This document shows positions 57,632 through 64,000 of a stretch of DNA of 64,000 nucleotides, one piece after another; position 1 is the first letter of the stretch; each line of letters begins with the position of its first letter. This DNA is from an uncultured Selenomonadales bacterium (GTDB taxonomy: Bacteria; Bacillota; Negativicutes; Acidaminococcales; Acidaminococcaceae): assembly GCA_900314855.1 (NCBI GenBank), contig OMWZ01000006.1, forward strand, positions 8,870-72,869, given 5' to 3'. The notes under the pieces were generated by a model. That model did not search any database and had not been told where the DNA came from. It saw nothing but the letters and a program-made list of their open reading frames with translations. A program made the translations under genes and the position numbers.

Positions 57632-58744
57632 TTGCGTCGAAAAATTTTTGCGTTTCTTGTGCTGGTTGTCTGTCTGCTGACAACGCTAACTGCTTCGGCG
57701 GCAGCGACTGTCACTGATGTCAACTGGGGCGTAAACCAGTATAACGTGTTGCGTTTTGTCGTCGATTTGACAGAAGCTGCCCGGTACAATATCGATGTGG
57801 ACGGAGACAAACTGTACATCCGTCTTCCCGGCGCGGAATTGGGGAACAGGGTCGTCCGGCGGGGCACGGTCAAGAGTGACCTGGCCAGGAGTTTGTCCGT
57901 AGAACGGGACAACCGGCGGGTGACCATTGAGGTTTCCCTGAAAAAGCAGATCCGCCGCGGGGACGTGCATAGTTTCGTCCTGCGCAAGGATCCCACCACA
58001 GGGCGTCCGCTCCGTATTGTCATCGACGTCGATACGAATAAGACGGCCGTCGCGTCCAAGAGCTACGGCGCTACTTCCGTGCGCCGTCCGGCCGCGTCTT
58101 CGTGGAACCAGAACCGGTCCGCCGGCAACGCCGCGCCCGTCCCGGCCTTTACGGGATATCGCACGGGCGGCGGCCTCAAAGGGAAAAATATTACCCTCGA
58201 CCCGGGACATGGCGGTTCCGATCCCGGCGCCATCGGCCTGAAGGGAAACAAGGAAAAGACGTCGACCCTGGCCATCGCCAAGTACTTGCAGGAGTATCTG
58301 GAGGCGCAGGGCGCGAAAGTTTCCATGACGCGGACGACGGATACGGACGTCTTCGGGCCCTACGCATCGGGACGCGATGAGCTGCAGGCCCGCGTCGACG
58401 TGGCTTCCAAAAACAAGGCCGACGTGTTTGTCAGCCTGCACCACAACGCGAACAACAATCGTGGTATCGGCGGCGTCGGCACGTATTACTATCCCAAGAC
58501 ATCCTACGATGGGCGGCTGGCCCGCCTGATCCAGAACAGCATGGTGAAAGCGGTGCGCATGAACGATTTCGGCACGCCGCAGGCTGATTTCTACGTGGTC
58601 AAGCGGTCTTCCATGCCGGCCGTGTTGTGCGAGATCGGCTTCATCAGCAACGAGCGGGAAGAACAGCTTATCAATACGCCCTGGTTCCAGAAGACCGCGG
58701 CCAAGGCGATTGCGGCCGGAATTGCCGCGTATTTCGAAGAGTAA
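57632..58744 (+). CDS. N-acetylmuramoyl-L-alanine amidase (AMIN-like + Amidase_3)
   Basis: Signal peptide, LDPGHGGSDPGA, FVSLHHNA and MPAVLCEIGFISN. Confidence 0.9.
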   Translation: MRRKIFAFLVLVVCLLTTLTASAAATVTDVNWGVNQYNVLRFVVDLTEAARYNIDVDGDKLYIRLPGAELGNRVVRRGTVKSDLARSLSVERDNRRVTIEVSLKKQIRRGDVHSFVLRKDPTTGRPLRIVIDVDTNKTAVASKSYGATSVRRPAASSWNQNRSAGNAAPVPAFTGYRTGGGLKGKNITLDPGHGGSDPGAIGLKGNKEKTSTLAIAKYLQEYLEAQGAKVSMTRTTDTDVFGPYASGRDELQARVDVASKNKADVFVSLHHNANNNRGIGGVGTYYYPKTSYDGRLARLIQNSMVKAVRMNDFGTPQADFYVVKRSSMPAVLCEIGFISNEREEQLINTPWFQKTAAKAIAAGIAAYFEE

Positions 58745-58765
58745 GGAAGGACAGGAGGAGTAACG

Positions 58766-59356
58766 ATGGTTAAGAAACTGACGATGTTACTGGTGCTTGT
58801 CCTGGCATTGCTCCTGGGCGGCTGTGTCCAGACGGAACAGCGGACAGGGACGACGGGCAGCGTCACCGATGTGACCGGAAAGGCGCCAGGTCTGGCGAAC
58901 CAGATCGACCCGAACCTCAAACGGATCGAGGTGACCGTGTACCGGGTCCAGAAAAATGGGGACACGCACCTGATTCCGGAAGTCGTGAAATACGCGCCGG
59001 GGACGAAGACCCTGGCGGAGGCGTCCCTGGACGCCCTGGTCAATACGGCGCCTACTTCGAAGCAACTGATGAACGTATTCCCGAAGGGTACAAAAGTCCT
59101 GGGGGTCAAGGTCGAGGGAGACCTGGCGACGGTCAACTTCAACAAAGCCTTCGCTGCCCACGGACAGGGTTCCTACAATGAACTGATGATGGTCAACGCT
59201 GTCGTCTGCACCCTGACGGAAGTCAAAGGCATCCGGCAGGTCCGCTTCCTTGTGGAAGGCAGGCCGATCGATACGATCAGCGGCCACGTGGACCTGAGCG
59301 AACCCTTGCGGCGCCTGACCGGCATGATCGGCAAGCCCCTCAAGGACGACGAGTAA
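58766..59356 (+). CDS. GerMN-domain lipoprotein
   Basis: Lipobox LGGC, FPKGTKVLGV, VVCTLTE..IRQVRFLVEG and GHVDLSEPL. Confidence 0.85.
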   Translation: MVKKLTMLLVLVLALLLGGCVQTEQRTGTTGSVTDVTGKAPGLANQIDPNLKRIEVTVYRVQKNGDTHLIPEVVKYAPGTKTLAEASLDALVNTAPTSKQLMNVFPKGTKVLGVKVEGDLATVNFNKAFAAHGQGSYNELMMVNAVVCTLTEVKGIRQVRFLVEGRPIDTISGHVDLSEPLRRLTGMIGKPLKDDE

Positions 59357-59366
59357 AGGAGAAATC

Positions 59367-59960
59367 ATGGATACTCACTTATGCGCGAAAACCGAGCAGG
59401 ATTCCGTCCCCGACGGGGCGGGACCCGTACCGGACTTATCCGGTGTGCACTTAGTCAGCCAGCTGGAAGGGATGGTAACCGTCTTCTGCCGGGACGCGGA
59501 GGCGACGGAAGCCCTGGGTTTCTTTTTGGGAACCCTGGCGGGGGGCGGGGACGTCTTTTGCCTGAACGGGGACCTGGGAGCGGGCAAGACCTTGTTGACC
59601 AAGGGCCTTGCGTCCGCCGTGGGGGTGCCGGAGAGCGACGTGGTCAGCCCCAGCTTTTCCCTCTTGAATGTCTATGAAGGGAAGACGCTGGAAGTGCGCC
59701 ACTTCGACCTGTACCGTCTCAATTCCCCGGAGGAGCTGGCCGATATCGGTTTTTACGAGTACGCCGGCGGAGACGGTGTGACGGTCATCGAGTGGGCCGA
59801 CTTGTTTACGTCGGAACTGCCACCGGACTACCTGCAGGTGAATTTACTGAGGGAAAACGGCGGGCGCCGCGTGGAATTGACGCCCCGGGGCCGCCGGTAT
59901 GATGAGATTGTGAAGGAAGTGTTGCGATGTGTTGACGCTCGCCCTGGATACAGCGACTAA
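59367..59960 (+). CDS. tsaE: tRNA t6A biosynthesis ATPase TsaE
   Basis: GDLGAGKT, SPSF, HFDLYRL and VIEWA. About 35-aa N-terminal extension. Confidence 0.92.
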   Translation: MDTHLCAKTEQDSVPDGAGPVPDLSGVHLVSQLEGMVTVFCRDAEATEALGFFLGTLAGGGDVFCLNGDLGAGKTLLTKGLASAVGVPESDVVSPSFSLLNVYEGKTLEVRHFDLYRLNSPEELADIGFYEYAGGDGVTVIEWADLFTSELPPDYLQVNLLRENGGRRVELTPRGRRYDEIVKEVLRCVDARPGYSD

Positions 59961-60627
59961 AGTCTGCACCGTGGCCCTCGTCCGCGACGGCGCCATCCTG
60001 GCGGAATATGACATCAGTGTGGGCCTGACCCATTCCGAGGGCCTGATGCCTCAAATCGACCAGATGTTCCGGCGCACAGGGCTCGCGAAGGAAGCCGTGG
60101 ACCGCGTTGCCGTCAGCATCGGCCCGGGTTCTTTTACGGGCCTGCGCATCGGCCTCGCGGCGGCGCAGGCCATGGCCTACGCTTGGGATTGCGGCCTTTG
60201 CGGGGTCAATACCCTGGATGGCCTGGCCTGGAACGTTCCTGTTCCCGGCGTGGTCCTGGCCCCGGTCCTGGATGCCCAGAAAGGGAACGTCTATACGGCT
60301 TTCTACGAGTGGGAAGCGGGAACGCCCCGGCGGCGGACGGATGTGGTCATGCTCAGCGCCGGGGAATGCATGGCGCGTCTGGCGGCCCTGGACCGTCCGG
60401 TCCTGCTCTTGGGCGAATGCGAGCGCTTGCTCCGCCGCGTGGCCCCGGCAGCCAATGTCTTCGTGGCGGCGCCGCAGCTTCGCCTGCCCCACGCCGCGTC
60501 GGTTGGGCTGGCAGGGGAAGGGGAAGACGCCTTGACCGGCGCGGCCCGGTTCGGCTTGAAGCCCTTTTATTTCCGTAAATCCGAAGCGGAGGAACTATGG
60601 GACAAAAAGCATCCTGCCGACGCATGA
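59929..60627 (+). CDS. tsaB: tRNA t6A biosynthesis protein TsaB
   Basis: LALDTAT, HSE.LMP and GPGSFTGLRIG. Confidence 0.93.
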   Translation: MLTLALDTATKVCTVALVRDGAILAEYDISVGLTHSEGLMPQIDQMFRRTGLAKEAVDRVAVSIGPGSFTGLRIGLAAAQAMAYAWDCGLCGVNTLDGLAWNVPVPGVVLAPVLDAQKGNVYTAFYEWEAGTPRRRTDVVMLSAGECMARLAALDRPVLLLGECERLLRRVAPAANVFVAAPQLRLPHAASVGLAGEGEDALTGAARFGLKPFYFRKSEAEELWDKKHPADA

Positions 60628-61088
60628 CCGAAGGGGATCTGGCCTTCGTCACGGCGTTGGACCGGGAGGCTTTTTTTGACCCCTGGACGGAAGCGACGTG
60701 GCGCCACGAATTGACGAGTCCCATTGCCTCGTGGTATGTGGTCCTCGGAGAGGACGGGACACGCCAGGGCTATGCGGGCCTGTGGTGTGTCGCCGGGGAG
60801 GGACAGGTCCTGCGCGTGGCGGTGCGGCCGGAAGCGCGGTGCTGCGGTTATGGGCGCCTGTTGACGGAAACCCTGGTCCGAAGGGCCTGGGAGACCGGCT
60901 GTACGGCCGTGACGCTCGAAGTGCGGGAAGGCAATGGGGCGGCCCAGGCCGTGTACCGCCGCTGCGGCTTCGCGGGCGCCGGCGTGCGTCCCCATTACTA
61001 CGCGGACAACGACGAAGGAGCCTTGATTATGTGGCTTTATCGGGAAAAGAAGGAAGAAACATGCGGAAGAAGGATATCTACATTTTAG
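60597..61088 (+). CDS. rimI: Ribosomal-protein-alanine N-acetyltransferase
   Basis: GNAT fold with VTLEVREGN and RPHYY..E.ALIMW, in the tsaB-rimI-tsaD gene order. Confidence 0.88.
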   Translation: MGQKASCRRMTEGDLAFVTALDREAFFDPWTEATWRHELTSPIASWYVVLGEDGTRQGYAGLWCVAGEGQVLRVAVRPEARCCGYGRLLTETLVRRAWETGCTAVTLEVREGNGAAQAVYRRCGFAGAGVRPHYYADNDEGALIMWLYREKKEETCGRRISTF

Positions 61089-62077
61089 GCATCGAGAGCA
61101 GCTGTGACGAGACGGCGGCGGCTGTCGTCAAAAATGGGCGCCAGGTCCTGTCGAACATCATTGCCTCCCAGATTATGGTGCACCGCAAGTTTGGCGGTGT
61201 CGTGCCGGAAATCGCGTCCCGCAAACATGTGGAACAGGTACTGCCCGTCATCGACGCGGCCCTGGCCCAGGCCGGCGTGGCCCTGGCCGATATCGACGCC
61301 GTGGCCGTGACCTACGGCCCGGGTCTTGTGGGGGCCCTGCTGGTGGGCCTGTCGGCGGCAAAATCTCTTGCCTGGGCGGCGGGGAAGCCCCTGATTGGCG
61401 TCAACCACCTGGAAGGGCATGTCTTTGCCAACTTCCTGACCGATCCGGATCTGGAACCGCCGTTCCTGGCCCTCGTCGTCTCGGGCGGGCATACGGCCCT
61501 CCTCAAGGTGACGGGCTATAATTCTTTCGAGCTCCTGGGACAGACCCGGGACGACGCGGCGGGGGAAGCTTTCGACAAAATCGCCCGCGTTATGGGGATG
61601 CCCTATCCCGGCGGTCCGGAAATCGAGAAACTGGCCCGTACGGGGAACTCCCAGGCCATCGAATTTCCGCGGGCCATGCTGGATAATCCTTACGAATTCA
61701 GTTTCAGCGGCCTGAAATCAGCCGTCATCAACTATCTCCACAACGAAGAACAGGCCGACCGTCCCGTCCACAAGGCCGATGTGGCCGCCTCGTTCCAGGA
61801 AGCCGTGACGGATGTCCTGGTCCAGAAAAGCGTCGCCGCCCTGGAAGCGGCGGAACTGAAGGACATCGTTCTGGCCGGCGGCGTATCGGCCAACCAGGTC
61901 CTGCAGGACAAGCTGGCCGCCGCGGCCCACCGCGTGGGAGCCCGTCTTGTCCATCCCGAAAAGATCCTTTGCACGGACAACGCGGTCATGATTGCCTGCC
62001 GCGGCTATTACCAGTTTATGGACGGCGAAGCGAGCGGGCTGGACCTGAATGCCGATCCGTCCCTGAAACTGGGGTGA
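61061..62077 (+). CDS. tsaD: tRNA N6-threonylcarbamoyltransferase TsaD
   Basis: ILGIESSCDET, GGVVPEIASRKH, HLEGH, DDAAGEAFDK and CTDNAVMIA. Confidence 0.96.
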   Translation: MRKKDIYILGIESSCDETAAAVVKNGRQVLSNIIASQIMVHRKFGGVVPEIASRKHVEQVLPVIDAALAQAGVALADIDAVAVTYGPGLVGALLVGLSAAKSLAWAAGKPLIGVNHLEGHVFANFLTDPDLEPPFLALVVSGGHTALLKVTGYNSFELLGQTRDDAAGEAFDKIARVMGMPYPGGPEIEKLARTGNSQAIEFPRAMLDNPYEFSFSGLKSAVINYLHNEEQADRPVHKADVAASFQEAVTDVLVQKSVAALEAAELKDIVLAGGVSANQVLQDKLAAAAHRVGARLVHPEKILCTDNAVMIACRGYYQFMDGEASGLDLNADPSLKLG

Positions 62078-62372
62078 CCGGACAGGCCGGGCGACGTGCG
62101 ATCCACGTGGCGGCGGATGACAGGAATCGAGCGGCCCGTCCGGCCGGTGTCTTTGGGAAAGGCCCCGGCCGGGCGGGTTTCTTTCTGCTTTATAAAATAT
62201 ATAAAAATACATAAAAATTAAAAAATAGGGATTTTTTCGTTTTCACGGTCAAAACAAACTCTTTGACGGTCCAAGTGGACGGTTTTACCGTTGCGGGATA
62301 GGCAGGAACACGGTGAAACCATCTTTTTTCGTGAAAAAATTGTAAAATGGAATGGATTTGTCATTTTGACTA

Positions 62373-62400
62373 TTGCATTTTTAGTGGGGATTGCTATAAT
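62373..62400 (+). promoter_or_regulatory. sigma-A promoter of groESL
   Basis: TTGCAT-N16-TATAAT with extended TG. Confidence 0.65.
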
Positions 62401-62411
62401 GATAATTGAAT

Positions 62412-62438
62412 TTAGCACTCATACCTTTTAAGCGCTAA
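62412..62438 (+). promoter_or_regulatory. CIRCE element (HrcA operator)
   Basis: TTAGCACTC-N9-AAGCGCTAA has 2 mismatches to TTAGCACTC-N9-GAGTGCTAA and lies upstream of groES. Confidence 0.88.
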
Positions 62439-62524
62439 CAAATCTCGTCATCCAAGCCATATAACCTGCCTCCGGGGCCGGTGGTGGCTCATCGCGTGAG
62501 CGAAAAGAAAGGAGTCATGAAAAT

Positions 62525-62809
62525 ATGTTAAGACCTTTAGGCGCCAATGTCGTTGTGGAAGTGGAAGAAGTAGCGGAAAAGACCGCCAGCGGGATTTATA
62601 TCCCCGATACGGCTTCGAAGGAAAAACCGATGCAGGGCAAGGTCCTGGCTGTCGGCAAAGGCGGTATCGTCGATGGCAAACGGGTTCCTGTCGATGTCAA
62701 GGCCGGCGATTCCGTCGTCTTCGCCAAATATTCCGGCACGGAAGTCAAGTACGAAGGCAAGAAATTGCTGATCCTGGCAGAACGGGATATCCTGGCTGTC
62801 GTAGAATAA
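62525..62809 (+). CDS. groES: Co-chaperonin GroES
   Basis: [25 protein letters not shown] and [10 protein letters not shown]. Confidence 0.97.
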   Translation: MLRPLGANVVVEVEEVAEKTASGIYIPDTASKEKPMQGKVLAVGKGGIVDGKRVPVDVKAGDSVVFAKYSGTEVKYEGKKLLILAERDILAVVE

Positions 62810-62826
62810 GAATTTCCAGAGACTGA

Positions 62827-64000
<1,174 letters not shown>

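Overview
GC-rich chromosomal backbone from an anaerobic Firmicute, most likely a Negativicute of Acidaminococcaceae type. This is inferred from sigma-A promoters, a CIRCE element, a CodY-like box, LapA, Gdh and a PlsA-like enzyme. No prophage, integrase, transposase, CRISPR array or rRNA is visible. In order, the window holds: a partial PlsA-like activase/dehydratase fusion; a macro-domain/HTH plus vWA gene pair; tRNA-Val; a ROK kinase; UDG-thrE-thrE2-mntP; a rubredoxin-fused [FeFe]-hydrogenase directly behind potABCD1D2; an HD protein, gdh and an aminotransferase; polA-mutM-coaE-slt; two tRNA-Leu; GH18, MFS, gamma-CA, cyclophilin, csp, lipase, SOR and YfmM; tRNA-Asn and tRNA-Glu; metF with a split MetH; a liv ABC operon; DedA plus CYTH; clpB; acpS-nnr-amidase-gerMN-tsaEB-rimI-tsaD; and CIRCE-groES-groEL (partial). 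Four features are the best candidates for undescribed biology. (1) The potA 5' leader has a 5-codon uORF whose stop sits at a possible +1 frameshift into a 46-codon frame ending 1 nt before potA, plus anti-SD and terminator-like pairings, suggesting an antizyme-like polyamine sensor. (2) A macro-HTH regulator has a palindromic site in front of a vWA gene. (3) An orphan consensus promoter faces clpB across an antisense gene. (4) The metF leader can fold into a compact three-way junction. All four are hypotheses drawn from the sequence alone.
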